From an uncultured Pelagibacteraceae bacterium (GTDB lineage Bacteria; Pseudomonadota; Alphaproteobacteria; Pelagibacterales; Pelagibacteraceae), in assembly GCA_902552705.1 (NCBI GenBank), contig CACDHZ010000001.1, forward strand, positions 33,594-97,593: a DNA stretch of 64,000 nucleotides, read 5' to 3'. Under the pieces are notes generated by a model. It was not told the origin of the DNA and did no database searches. It saw only the letters and a list, made by a program, of their open reading frames with translations. Shown here in pieces: positions 54,442 to 64,000 of this stretch; position 1 is the first letter of the stretch; the number at the start of each line of letters is the position of its first letter. Made by a program: the position numbers and the translations under genes.

Positions 54442-54702
54442 ATGAATATAAAACAATTAATTGCAATCGTTAAAAACAAACTTACAACTGAAATTGATAT
54501 TAAAGAAATTAAAATTGAAGATAAAAGTTTTTTGCATAAAAATCACAAGGGACACAAGGAGGGAAAATTTCATCTAAAATTATTTATAAAATCTGATGAA
54601 CTTTCTAAATTGAGCAAAATAGTCGCAACTAAAAAAATTTATAGTATTTTAAGAGTTGAGTTAAAAGAACATATTCATTCAATTCAAATATTATTTGAAT
54701 AA
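54442..54702 (+). CDS. bolA: BolA-family protein
   Basis: IEDKSFLHKNH..GKFHLKL, IYSIL..IHSIQI; conserved position divergent from J-domain/cobS. Confidence 0.82.
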   Translation: MNIKQLIAIVKNKLTTEIDIKEIKIEDKSFLHKNHKGHKEGKFHLKLFIKSDELSKLSKIVATKKIYSILRVELKEHIHSIQILFE

Positions 54703-55797
54703 TTCTTTATTTAAATAACTATTAATTTTTTCCTTATTAAAATGTAAATTATATATTGGTTTACCTATTTTTTTAAGCAGCACTAAATTTATTTTATTAG
54801 TATTATTTTTTTTATCTTTTTTCATAAAAAATAAAATTTTTTTCAAATTTTTTTTTGAAAAAAATTTGTTAATATCTCTTGGAAGATTTAATTCATTTAA
54901 GTGATTTTCAATTAGTTTAAATTCATTAAGACTTAAAATCTTATTAGATAAGCTAAATTTAGCGGCAGTTTTTATTCCGAGTATTACTGCTTCACCATGG
55001 TTAAGTTTATTTGAATATCCTAATGTTGCTTCGTACGCATGAGCAAATGTATGCCCAAAATTTAAGATTTTTCTTATACCTATTTCTTTACTATCAATCT
55101 CAACTACTTTTTTTTTAATTGAACAACTTTGAAGTATCGCTTTTTCTATTAAGGGACTTTTAAGTTTTAAAATTTTAGATCCATTTTTATTTAAGAAATT
55201 AAAAAATTTTTTATTGGCAATTATTGCATGTTTCAAAATTTCTCCGTAACCACATATCAATTCTCTTTTTGGTAAAGATTTTAAAAAAAAAGTATCGGAA
55301 ATAACTAAACTTGGTTGATAAAAAGCTCCTATTAAATTTTTGCCATGCTGGGTATTTATTCCAGTTTTTCCACCAATAGATGAGTCAACTTGGGAAAGTA
55401 AGGTTGTAGGTACATTTACAAATTTTAATCCTCTTTTGAATATACTAGCCGCAAAACCTGATACATCACCAGTAATGCCTCCACCAACAGAAATTATACA
55501 GTCATTCCTATTAAAGTTTTTATTTAAAAGAATATTCAAAATATTTGTAATACTTTTTTGATTTTTATTTTTCTCGTTAGCTTTAAAATAATGAATTATT
55601 ACTTTTTTTCTTTTAAATGAATGTAAAAATTTATTTATTACTTTTTTAGGAATATTTTTGTCTATTATAACTAGACATTGATTAAAATTTATTGAGTTCT
55701 TTTTTAATAAATATTGAAAATTCTTTAAAATATTGTTTCCTATATAAATCGGATATTTTTGATTTTCAGTTTTTATAATTAACTTAATTGCTTTCAT
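54691..55797 (-). CDS. aroB: 3-dehydroquinate synthase
   Basis: GGGITGD, PTTLLSQVDSSIGGKT, LNFGHTFAHA, HGEAV. Confidence 0.96.
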   Translation of the reverse strand: MKAIKLIIKTENQKYPIYIGNNILKNFQYLLKKNSINFNQCLVIIDKNIPKKVINKFLHSFKRKKVIIHYFKANEKNKNQKSITNILNILLNKNFNRNDCIISVGGGITGDVSGFAASIFKRGLKFVNVPTTLLSQVDSSIGGKTGINTQHGKNLIGAFYQPSLVISDTFFLKSLPKRELICGYGEILKHAIIANKKFFNFLNKNGSKILKLKSPLIEKAILQSCSIKKKVVEIDSKEIGIRKILNFGHTFAHAYEATLGYSNKLNHGEAVILGIKTAAKFSLSNKILSLNEFKLIENHLNELNLPRDINKFFSKKNLKKILFFMKKDKKNNTNKINLVLLKKIGKPIYNLHFNKEKINSYLNKELFK

Positions 55798-56296
55798 AAA
55801 TTTTTATAATCTTTTTTACTATTTCAGTTTTTGTAAGTTTATTACAGTTAATTTTAAATTGAGCATAAGAGTATATTTTTGATCTTTTTTTGATCATTTT
55901 TTTTATTTCTTGATCTGTAGACTGAAATGCTAAAGGTCTTTTTTTACTTTTTTTTATTCTGTTTAGTAAAATTGTTTCATCCCAATTAAGCCAAAATGAA
56001 TAATGATTACTCATAATTTCTTTTCGTATTTTATCGTTAATAAATCCACCGCCACCTAGTGAAATAACACAATTATTTTTTTTTAAAGATTTTAGAGTAA
56101 TTGTTTCTTCTATATCTCTAAAATAATTCTCACCTTTTTTTTCAAATATTTCAGAAATACTCATTCCTGTATTCTCAATAATTAAATTATCGATATCAAT
56201 AAATGGAATGTTTATTTTTTTTGAAACTAAATTACCAATAGAGGATTTTCCAGACCCCATCATGCCTAAGAAAACGAGGTTTTTATTTGAATACAT
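55784..56296 (-). CDS. aroK: Shikimate kinase
   Basis: GMMGSGKS, GENYFR, SLGGG, RPL. Confidence 0.95.
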   Translation of the reverse strand: MYSNKNLVFLGMMGSGKSSIGNLVSKKINIPFIDIDNLIIENTGMSISEIFEKKGENYFRDIEETITLKSLKKNNCVISLGGGGFINDKIRKEIMSNHYSFWLNWDETILLNRIKKSKKRPLAFQSTDQEIKKMIKKRSKIYSYAQFKINCNKLTKTEIVKKIIKIYESN

Positions 56297-56354
56297 AAGC
56301 TTTCTTTATTGAAAAAACACAAATATGTCTTAATTTGAAATTATTAGAGAATAT

Positions 56355-56531
56355 ATGCAATTTTCAAAAAATACAAGTAGCGGCAAAAGTAAATCTTTTT
56401 TTATTAAGATGACATTAGTTTTGATTGTTCTAATCAGCGCAGTATTATTGTTAGGTAAAATTGATTTTCCATCTCCTAATAAAGAAATTGAAAAAATTAT
56501 TCCAAATGAAAAACTCAAGATTGTTAAATAA
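56355..56531 (+). CDS. 58-aa single-TM hypothetical protein (not in ORF track)
   Basis: MQFSKNTSSGKSKSFFIKMTLVLIVLISAVLLLGKIDFPSPNKEIEKIIPNEKLKIVK*; overlaps the start of the next gene. Confidence 0.7.
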   Translation: MQFSKNTSSGKSKSFFIKMTLVLIVLISAVLLLGKIDFPSPNKEIEKIIPNEKLKIVK

Positions 56532-58269
56532 TATAAAATTATTAATTATATTATTTTTTTTATTATTTACATTTGGATCTCATTCAGAAGAAGAACCTGC
56601 AGATATTTGGAATGTTGAGACAGAACAACAAAATAAAAAAGAGACTAAAAATGAAAAAATTGACGAAGAAAGTATATCTCAAAATACTATATATAAAATA
56701 CAATCTCAAAACACAGATGAATTGATTATTGAGGAAAATCAAACTTTAACATCAAATGAAGTAAAAATTGTTGGACTTTATGATCCTGCAGAAAACGGAT
56801 TAGATATTAATATGTGGTCTAACTCAGATGGAGAGCAAATTTTAAGAATTTTTAAAAGAATTAATAAAATAAATCTTTCACAAGATGCAACAGAAATTTT
56901 AGATATTTTATTAGTGACAAATGCATATTATCCAAAGTTAAATATTACTAAAGAACAGTTTATGAAAATAAAATCCGATTGGTTAATTAAAAATTCGAAT
57001 TTAAAATTAATAGAGGATTATTTATTAAAAAATCAAATTATAAATGAAGATCCAAGACTTACTAGATATCTAGTAGACTATTATCTTGCCAAATCTGATA
57101 TAAATAAGTCTTGTGAAATTTTTTCTAAAATTCAAAGTTCAATTGAGGATGAATATCTTTCAAAATTTAATATTTATTGTTTAATTAATAATAAAAAAGA
57201 GGAAGAGGCTCAGTTATTGATAGATTTGAAAAAGGAATTAGGCTTTAAGGATAAATTTTATGAAAGTAAAATTAATTATTTATTGGGTTTTGATAAAGAA
57301 CCAGAAACATCAATATCGGAGAAAACAATATTAGATTTTCATTTATCTCATAGAACTAATCCAGAATTTAAATTTGAACCTAAAGAGACAACTTCAAAAC
57401 AAATTTGGAAATATTTATCTACATCAAATTTGTTAGATGATATTAAAGATGTTGAAGTCTCAAGTTTAGACAAAATCGCTATTATAGAGAAAGCCACACA
57501 CGAAAGGAATTATACAGAAAAAGATTTATTTGAATTATATAAAAGATTTCAATTCAATATAAATCAACTTTTAAATATAAAAGAATCCTCAAAAGTACTC
57601 TCAAAAATTGAAGCAAGAGCTTTAATATATCAAGGGATTTTAATTACTTCAAAAATTGAAAAAAAGTTAGAATTGATGAATGCATTAAAAAATTCTTTTA
57701 AAAATGATGGTTTAGAAAATGCATTTAAAAAAGAATTAATTAGTTTTTTAGAAGAGATAGATTTAGATCAAGTACCTCCTAATTATGTGTCATTTTATGA
57801 AAATAATATTAAAGAAGAAAAAAGTGAATTGAAAAAAATAAAAATAAATAACAAAGTTCTACATCAGTCAAAATTAATTAATTATTTTAGAGAAAAAAAA
57901 TCTAATAAAAACGTAGAGAAAGATTTAAAAGATTTATTAAAGAAAATTAAAAAGAATAAAAAATATTTTTTTTCAAAAAAAGATGTGATTTTAATCGAAG
58001 CACTAAAATCTGATGGGGTTAATGTTCCAAAAAAATATGATGATTTTTACGAAATTAATGAAAACGAAATGCCCTCTGATATTCAATTATTAATAAACAA
58101 TGAGGATATGGCAGTTGCCATTTTGAGAATAGTAGAATCAATCGGACAAGACGAATTAAAGGATATGGATGCAGATACTATATATTTTATAATAAGTACT
58201 TTGAATAAGCTTGATATTGACCCTATCAGGAATAAAATTTTGCTTAAAGTTCTACCTTTAAAAGTTTAA
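56506..58269 (+). CDS. Secreted/periplasmic helical hypothetical protein; likely start ATG 56506
   Basis: N-terminal signal/TM, PADIW, GLYDPAENGLDINMW; no catalytic motif recognised. Confidence 0.7.
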   Translation: MKNSRLLNNIKLLIILFFLLFTFGSHSEEEPADIWNVETEQQNKKETKNEKIDEESISQNTIYKIQSQNTDELIIEENQTLTSNEVKIVGLYDPAENGLDINMWSNSDGEQILRIFKRINKINLSQDATEILDILLVTNAYYPKLNITKEQFMKIKSDWLIKNSNLKLIEDYLLKNQIINEDPRLTRYLVDYYLAKSDINKSCEIFSKIQSSIEDEYLSKFNIYCLINNKKEEEAQLLIDLKKELGFKDKFYESKINYLLGFDKEPETSISEKTILDFHLSHRTNPEFKFEPKETTSKQIWKYLSTSNLLDDIKDVEVSSLDKIAIIEKATHERNYTEKDLFELYKRFQFNINQLLNIKESSKVLSKIEARALIYQGILITSKIEKKLELMNALKNSFKNDGLENAFKKELISFLEEIDLDQVPPNYVSFYENNIKEEKSELKKIKINNKVLHQSKLINYFREKKSNKNVEKDLKDLLKKIKKNKKYFFSKKDVILIEALKSDGVNVPKKYDDFYEINENEMPSDIQLLINNEDMAVAILRIVESIGQDELKDMDADTIYFIISTLNKLDIDPIRNKILLKVLPLKV

Positions 58270-58293
58270 ATTTTATAATAAAATGTATTAGTT

Positions 58294-58812
58294 ATGTCAG
58301 TTAAAAAAATTCTAACAGAACCAAATAAATTATTACGACAAGTATCTATGCCTGTTGAAAAAGTAGGTGATCAAGAGAGACAACTTATGGATGATATGCT
58401 GGATACTATGTATTCAGCGAATGGTATTGGTCTTGCAGCAATTCAAATTGGGGTTCCTAAAAGAATTATTGTTATGGATCTTAGTAAAGATGAAAATAAA
58501 AAAGAACCGATGTATTTTGTTAATCCTGTGATTAAAAATAAAAACCTTGAAAAAGCAAAATATGAAGAGGGCTGTTTGTCAGTTCCAAATCAATTTGCAG
58601 AAATTGAAAGACCGAATGGTTGTGAAGTTGAATATTTAGATTATAGCGGAAGAAAAAAAATATTGAAAGCTGACGGGTTATTAGCAACTTGTATACAGCA
58701 TGAAATGGATCATTTAGAAGGAATTTTGTTTATTGATTATCTATCAAAATTAAAAAAATCAATGATTATTAAGAAACTTTCTAAAAGTAAGTTAAGCAGA
58801 ATAGTTGTTTAG
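58294..58812 (+). CDS. def: Peptide deformylase
   Basis: GIGLAAIQ, EGCLS, QHEMDHL. Confidence 0.98.
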   Translation: MSVKKILTEPNKLLRQVSMPVEKVGDQERQLMDDMLDTMYSANGIGLAAIQIGVPKRIIVMDLSKDENKKEPMYFVNPVIKNKNLEKAKYEEGCLSVPNQFAEIERPNGCEVEYLDYSGRKKILKADGLLATCIQHEMDHLEGILFIDYLSKLKKSMIIKKLSKSKLSRIVV

Positions 58813-58815
58813 CAA

Positions 58816-59748
58816 ATGTCAAAAAAAGTTGTTTTTATGGGTACACCATTTTTTGCTGTACCAATTCTTAAATCTCTTTATCAAAATGGATATCCAATTT
58901 CAGTAGTTTATACACAGCCTCCTCAAAAATCTCAAAGAGGACAAAGAATTAATAAATCCCCTATTCAAGGTATCTCTGAAACACTAAATATAAATTATAG
59001 AACACCAGTATCTTTAAAAGATAATAATGAAGAATATGAATATTTTAAAAAATTAAATCCAGATGTAGTTATTGTTGTTGCATATGGTCAAATTATACCA
59101 AAAAAATTTTTAGATTTATCTAAAAAGGGATTTATTAATATTCATGCCTCACTTCTTCCTAGATGGAGAGGAGCGGCACCAATTCAAAGATCTTTAATGA
59201 ATTTAGATAAAGAAACTGGAATAAGTATTATGAAAATTAATGAAAAATTAGATACAGGTCCAGTTTGTAATTCCTATAAAATAAAAATAACTAATTATGA
59301 TAATACCGAGACAATTTCAGAAAAACTCTCTTTATTAGCTGCAGATAAAATCGTAAGTAATTTAGATGATATATTAGAAAATAAAATTGAATTTAAGGAC
59401 CAAATACACAAAGAAGCTACCTATGCTTCAAAAATTGAAAAATCTGAGGGAAAAATAGATTGGAATGAAACAGCAGAACGAATAATTGGAAAAATAAATG
59501 GTTTATATCAGAATCCTGGTGCATTTTTTATTTTTAAAGGTGAAAGATACAAGATTCTCAAAGCTGAGATAGGCTCTAATATTGGGAAGAGTGGAGAGGT
59601 CTTAGATGATTATTTAGAAATTAGTTGTGGCAATCAAAAATCTATTAAAGTTTTAGAAATTCAAAGACAAGGAAAAAAAGTTCAAAAAATTAATGAATTT
59701 GTGCTTGGATCTCAAATCAAAAAAGGTTTTAATCTAAACAATGCATAG
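58816..59748 (+). CDS. fmt: Methionyl-tRNA formyltransferase
   Basis: FMGTP, NIHASLLPRWRGAAPIQ, LDTG. Confidence 0.97.
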   Translation: MSKKVVFMGTPFFAVPILKSLYQNGYPISVVYTQPPQKSQRGQRINKSPIQGISETLNINYRTPVSLKDNNEEYEYFKKLNPDVVIVVAYGQIIPKKFLDLSKKGFINIHASLLPRWRGAAPIQRSLMNLDKETGISIMKINEKLDTGPVCNSYKIKITNYDNTETISEKLSLLAADKIVSNLDDILENKIEFKDQIHKEATYASKIEKSEGKIDWNETAERIIGKINGLYQNPGAFFIFKGERYKILKAEIGSNIGKSGEVLDDYLEISCGNQKSIKVLEIQRQGKKVQKINEFVLGSQIKKGFNLNNA

Positions 59749-60481
59749 ATACCATCTATTAATTGAATATGTTGGGACAAATTTTATTGGTTGGCAAATT
59801 CAGCCAAAAGGAAAATCAGTGCAAAAATTAATTCAAAATAAATTATCTAAAATTTTAAAAGAAAAAATACTTTTATTTGGTTCTGGTAGAACAGACTCAG
59901 GGGTACATGCTATTGAACAGTCTGCACATTTTGACTGCAAAAAAAAAATTAACAATTTTGATAAATTTTTACAAACAATAAATTATTTTGTTAACAAAGA
60001 AAATATTTCAATTTTAAAAATTGAAAAAAAAAATTTAAATTTTCATGCAAGATTTTCTGCAAAACAACGAATTTATAAATATGTAATATTTAATAGAAAC
60101 AGTAAACCCTCGATCGATAAAGAGAGAGGTTGGCATATAATTAAAAAACTAGATATTAATTTAATGAAAAAAGGAGCAAAAAAACTTTTAGGAACAAAAG
60201 ATTTTTCGACATTTCGATCATCTAATTGTAGGGCTAGAAATCCAATCAGAACCATGAAATCAATTAAAATAAAATCAACTAAAGGAAGGATTGAAATACA
60301 ATTTAAATCTCAATCTTTTTTACAGCAACAGGTTAGATCAATGGTGGGTTGTTTAAAATATTTAGCTGAGAAAAAATGGAACTTAAAAAAGTTTGAGTCA
60401 GTTTTTAAATTAAAACAAAGAAAATTATGTGCTCCACCAGCACCTGCATATGGATTATTTTTAGAAAAAGTTATTTATTAG
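59741..60481 (+). CDS. truA: tRNA pseudouridine(38-40) synthase
   Basis: GWQIQ, GRTDSGVHA, FHARFSA, FLQQQVR, APAYGL. Confidence 0.96.
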   Translation: MHRYHLLIEYVGTNFIGWQIQPKGKSVQKLIQNKLSKILKEKILLFGSGRTDSGVHAIEQSAHFDCKKKINNFDKFLQTINYFVNKENISILKIEKKNLNFHARFSAKQRIYKYVIFNRNSKPSIDKERGWHIIKKLDINLMKKGAKKLLGTKDFSTFRSSNCRARNPIRTMKSIKIKSTKGRIEIQFKSQSFLQQQVRSMVGCLKYLAEKKWNLKKFESVFKLKQRKLCAPPAPAYGLFLEKVIY

Positions 60482-60950
60482 AGTTTATTCGACCAAGACT
60501 AAATTTTTTATCGATTCTCCATCTTGACTCAGCTCGAACAATATAACCACAACAGTTTTTAGACCCACATTTGCAGGGAAATTGTTTAAAATCCTCATCG
60601 TATCCAAATCCATAATCACAAGTAAGCTCTTCCCCTTTTTTAATATCTTTAATAGCCACAACCCATAATTTTAGACCAGTACCATTATATTCACAGTTAT
60701 TTGAGCAAGAATGATTAATTAATCTTGCTGTGTTCCAAGAAACATCACCATCAAGATCATATTTTTTGTTTAAATTAAATAAGTAAATGGGTCTAGAATT
60801 ATCAAACTTTTTTGACTCTTCAGTTTGTTTTTTTGTAATAATTTTACCTACATAATTAATAATTTTTGTACCTGATTTTATATCTCTCGAAGCATAAAGA
60901 CCACGTCCTTTTCTATCGATGTTTGATTTTTTAATTTTGTAAAGTTTCAT
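60471..60950 (-). CDS. SET-domain protein lysine methyltransferase with post-SET Zn motif
   Basis: GRGLYA, ARLINHSC, GEELTCDY, post-SET CKCGSKNC. Confidence 0.93.
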   Translation of the reverse strand: MKLYKIKKSNIDRKGRGLYASRDIKSGTKIINYVGKIITKKQTEESKKFDNSRPIYLFNLNKKYDLDGDVSWNTARLINHSCSNNCEYNGTGLKLWVVAIKDIKKGEELTCDYGFGYDEDFKQFPCKCGSKNCCGYIVRAESRWRIDKKFSLGRINSNK

Positions 60951-60981
60951 TAAGAATTATTTAAAGATAAATTAAAAATTT

Positions 60982-61911
60982 TCAATTAGATTCTATAAGT
61001 GCTTCAACATGTTCTTGAGTACTTTCTTGAAGAGCTAAAATGTCATAACCACCTTCTAAAATAGAAACAACTTTACCATCGCAATATAACTTAGATAATT
61101 CTAATGTTCTTTTTGTAATTGTATAAAAGTCTTTAGAATCTAATTGAAATTGTGCTAGAGGATCATTTTTATGGGCATCAAAACCAGCAGATAGTAATAT
61201 GAATTCTGGTTTAAATTCTCTTATCTTTTTTAAAACAAATTCATATGCATTTAAGTATTCTTCAGAGGTAGTTCCTGCAGGCAAAGGAATATTTAATATA
61301 TTATTATTTTTCCCTTTTTCTTTTTCTGTTCCTGAGCCAGGATAAAAAGGAAACTGGTGAGTTGAAATATATAAGACTTTTTCATTATCAAAGAAAATAT
61401 TTTGGGTTCCATTACCATGATGTACGTCAAAATCAATTATAGCTATTTTACTTAGCTTATAATTATCAATTAAGTAATGAGCTCCTACGGCAACATTATT
61501 ATAAATGCAAAAACCCATTGCTTTATCTCTTTCAGCATGATGACCAGGAGGCCTGACCGCACAAAAAGCATTTTTAAAATCTTTTTTTTGAACACCATCA
61601 ATAGCAGTAATAATTGAACCAACAGCGTCTATAGTTGCGCTTTTACTTCCTGGAGAAATAATAGTATCTCCGTCTAAATAAGAAAAACCTTTTTTTGGAA
61701 AAGATTTTTCAACAAAATCTATATAATTAGGATTGTGAGTAATTTTTAAAAGGGATTTATTAAATTTTACAGGCTTTTTCCAAATAAGATTTTTATTATT
61801 TAATTTTTTAAAATTGTCTATTACTGCTTTGACTCTATCCTCTTTTTCAGGATGACCATCTCCTGTGTTGTGATTTTGGTAAGTATCTGAGGTTATTAAT
61901 CCTGTTTTCAT
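60982..61911 (-). CDS. Histone deacetylase-family Zn-dependent deacylase
   Basis: HPE, RPPGHHA, GFC..NN, DFDVHHGNGTQ, SAGFDAH, LEGGY. Confidence 0.94.
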   Translation of the reverse strand: MKTGLITSDTYQNHNTGDGHPEKEDRVKAVIDNFKKLNNKNLIWKKPVKFNKSLLKITHNPNYIDFVEKSFPKKGFSYLDGDTIISPGSKSATIDAVGSIITAIDGVQKKDFKNAFCAVRPPGHHAERDKAMGFCIYNNVAVGAHYLIDNYKLSKIAIIDFDVHHGNGTQNIFFDNEKVLYISTHQFPFYPGSGTEKEKGKNNNILNIPLPAGTTSEEYLNAYEFVLKKIREFKPEFILLSAGFDAHKNDPLAQFQLDSKDFYTITKRTLELSKLYCDGKVVSILEGGYDILALQESTQEHVEALIESN

Positions 61912-63065
61912 TTAAAGTAATTTTCTAAAATATTATGATATATTTTAGTCAATTTTTTTAAATCTGAAATTGAAACTGCTTCATCAGTTTTATGCATAGT
62001 TTTGCCGACTAGACCAAATTCTAGGCATATTGCAATTTTTCTAATGAATCTTGCATCTGAGGTTCCTCCAGTAGTTGATAGTTTTGGTTTTATTTTTGTA
62101 ATTTTTTTAATGACATTTTGTATCATTAAAGTTGTGGCATTAGGTTTGGTTAAAAAAGACTCTCCTGAAACTCTGTACTCTATTTTGTATTTTGATTTAT
62201 TTTTTTTACTTATTTTATTAAAAATTTTATTCAGTTTTTTTTTAATAGAGTTAGATGAATGTTTATTATTAAATCTAATATTAAAAGTTGCTTCTGCAGA
62301 TTTTGGAATTACATTATCTGCATTATTATCTATATTTATTTTAGTAACCTCTAAATTTGTAGGTTGAAAATTTTTCGTTCCTTTATCAAATTTTATATTT
62401 TTAAGTTCATTTAGAATTTTAACTATTGTTGTTGATGGATTGTTAGCTCGATTTGGATAAGCAACATGACCCTGAATACCATAGATTGTAAGTTTTCCTG
62501 TTATGCTACCTCTACGACCTATTTTAATCATTTCTCCTAATTTATTGGGATTGGTTGGCTCTCCAACTAAACAGAAATTAATTTTTTCTTTTTTTTTTTT
62601 TAAATAATCTACGACTTTTTTAGTACCATTAATTGCATCACCTTCTTCATCTCCCGTAATTAAAAAACTAATTGACCCATTGAATTTTTTATTTTTAGAT
62701 AAAAATATACTTACCGCAGAAACAAAAGCTGCGATTGAACTTTTCATATCATTAGCGCCTCTACCAATTAAATGACTTTTTTTAATAGACGGTTTGAAAG
62801 GATTAATTGTCCAATCTTTAATGTTACCCGGAGGGACAACATCTAAATGTCCTGCGAAACAAAAATTAGGATTTTTGTTTCCAAATTTTGCGTATAGATT
62901 TTTTACAGGTTGATAACCTTTTTCTTTAAATTCAAGTATTTTTGTTTTAAAACCTAATTTCTTAAGTTTTTTTTCTAAAAATTTTATTACCCCAGCATCT
63001 ATTGGAGTTATGGATGGAAATCTGATTAGCTCCTTAGCTAACTGAAGTTCATTTAAAATTTTCAT
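61908..63065 (-). CDS. dapE: Succinyl-diaminopimelate desuccinylase
   Basis: FAGHLDVVP, GRGANDMK, DEEG, QGHVAYP, GGTSDARF. Confidence 0.96.
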   Translation of the reverse strand: MKILNELQLAKELIRFPSITPIDAGVIKFLEKKLKKLGFKTKILEFKEKGYQPVKNLYAKFGNKNPNFCFAGHLDVVPPGNIKDWTINPFKPSIKKSHLIGRGANDMKSSIAAFVSAVSIFLSKNKKFNGSISFLITGDEEGDAINGTKKVVDYLKKKKEKINFCLVGEPTNPNKLGEMIKIGRRGSITGKLTIYGIQGHVAYPNRANNPSTTIVKILNELKNIKFDKGTKNFQPTNLEVTKINIDNNADNVIPKSAEATFNIRFNNKHSSNSIKKKLNKIFNKISKKNKSKYKIEYRVSGESFLTKPNATTLMIQNVIKKITKIKPKLSTTGGTSDARFIRKIAICLEFGLVGKTMHKTDEAVSISDLKKLTKIYHNILENYFK

Positions 63066-63069
63066 GGTT

Positions 63070-63897
63070 CTATTCTCTTAAAAGATCATTAACTGACGTT
63101 TTAGACCTTGTTTTTTCATCAACTTGTTTGATTATAACAGCACAATATAATGATGGTGCCGATGAATTTTTTTTATCTGGTAATGAACCAGGAACAACTA
63201 CAGAGTAAGGTGGAATTTTACCATAAGTAATTTCCCCAGTTTTCCTATCTACTATTTTGGTTGATTGACCAATATACATACCCATGCTTAGCACTGATCC
63301 TTCACCTACTATTACTCCTTCTACTACTTCGGACATCGCACCAACAAAAACATTATCTTCAATAATTGTTGGTAATGCTTGAGCAGGTTCTAAAACACCT
63401 CCGATTCCTGAACCAGCAGAAATATGACAATTTTTTCCTATCTGACAACAACTGCCAGCACGACTAAAAGTATCCATCATTGTTCCTTCATCAATGTAGG
63501 CTCCGATATTTACATAACATGGCATGAGAACAGCATTCTTTCCAATAAAAGAACCAGGCCTTACAGGACTATTGGGAGTCATTCTAAACCCAGCTGCTTC
63601 ATGTTGTTCTTTAGTCCAATTAGCAGTTTTACCTTTCAATAAATGTGATTTGTCATACCAACTACTATAGGGTCCACTTAAGTTTTCCATTGGATAAATT
63701 CTAAAACTTAACATTATCGCTTTTTTAATATGTTGGTGGGTAATCCATTTGCCATTTATCTTTTCAGCTACTCTGACTTTCCCACTATCTAAATCAGCAA
63801 TAGTTTGATTAATAGCATCTTTGAGTTTTTTATCAGAATTTTGATTTACTTGATCTTTATTTTGCCAAGCTTCATTTATTATATTTTCTATAGACAT
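63070..63897 (-). CDS. dapD: Tetrahydrodipicolinate N-succinyltransferase
   Basis: LDSGKVRVAE, VNIGAY, IGGVLEP, hexapeptide repeats, KTSVNDLLR. Confidence 0.96.
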   Translation of the reverse strand: MSIENIINEAWQNKDQVNQNSDKKLKDAINQTIADLDSGKVRVAEKINGKWITHQHIKKAIMLSFRIYPMENLSGPYSSWYDKSHLLKGKTANWTKEQHEAAGFRMTPNSPVRPGSFIGKNAVLMPCYVNIGAYIDEGTMMDTFSRAGSCCQIGKNCHISAGSGIGGVLEPAQALPTIIEDNVFVGAMSEVVEGVIVGEGSVLSMGMYIGQSTKIVDRKTGEITYGKIPPYSVVVPGSLPDKKNSSAPSLYCAVIIKQVDEKTRSKTSVNDLLRE

Positions 63898-63900
63898 AAT

Positions 63901-64000
63901 TTATTTACTTTTTAATAACCTTATTTCTTTTAGAAATAAAGATAGATTTTCAATTTTGTGAGAAATATAATCTTTGTCAGAGTCCATCTTTCCAAAATGC
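63901..64000 (-). CDS. 3' end of an upstream gene, probably HAD-family pyrimidine 5'-nucleotidase (partial)
   Basis: Open frame ..HFGKMDSDKDYISHKIENLSLFLKEIRLLKSK* ending 3 nt before dapD; identity inferred only from the usual alphaproteobacterial gene order. Confidence 0.45.
   Translation of the reverse strand, partial: HFGKMDSDKDYISHKIENLSLFLKEIRLLKSK

Noticed and set aside
56330-56518. 62-aa minus-strand ORF in the track
   Set aside because: It is the antisense shadow of the more plausible plus-strand 58-aa ORF at 56355-56531

Overview
A very AT-rich, tightly packed alphaproteobacterial chromosome segment. Gene content, synteny and minimal intergenic spacing point to Pelagibacterales (SAR11); this is inferred, not from a search. 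It is mostly core genome: dnaA (partial)-dnaN, lysA/argH, fdxA-carD, PDH aceE-aceF, gltDB, thrS-infC-rpmI-rplT-pheST-lepA, gyrB-regB, cobST, aroKB, def-fmt-truA and dapDE. It also holds three tRNAs (Leu-CAA, Arg-ACG, Ser-GGA) and a ~7 kb cell-surface glycan island around tRNA-Ser. I saw no rRNA, CRISPR, integrase or transposase. Main observations: (1) an uncalled stand-alone unit at 10.6-10.84 kb (promoter, 5' hairpin, strong RBS, terminator) encoding a 22-aa protamine/histone-tail-like peptide, MAKRRKKAKKKAKKKAKKRRRR, convergent with a CarD that has a ~100-aa Lys-rich tail; (2) an HDAC-family deacylase and a SET lysine methyltransferase behind dapDE, which with (1) suggests a possible chromatin-like lysine-modification system (hypothesis only); (3) a PDH whose only visible lipoyl domain is on E1, with none on E2; (4) a J-domain/CobS/CobT/BolA module with no cobN nearby; (5) several missed small ORFs and candidate regulatory sites.
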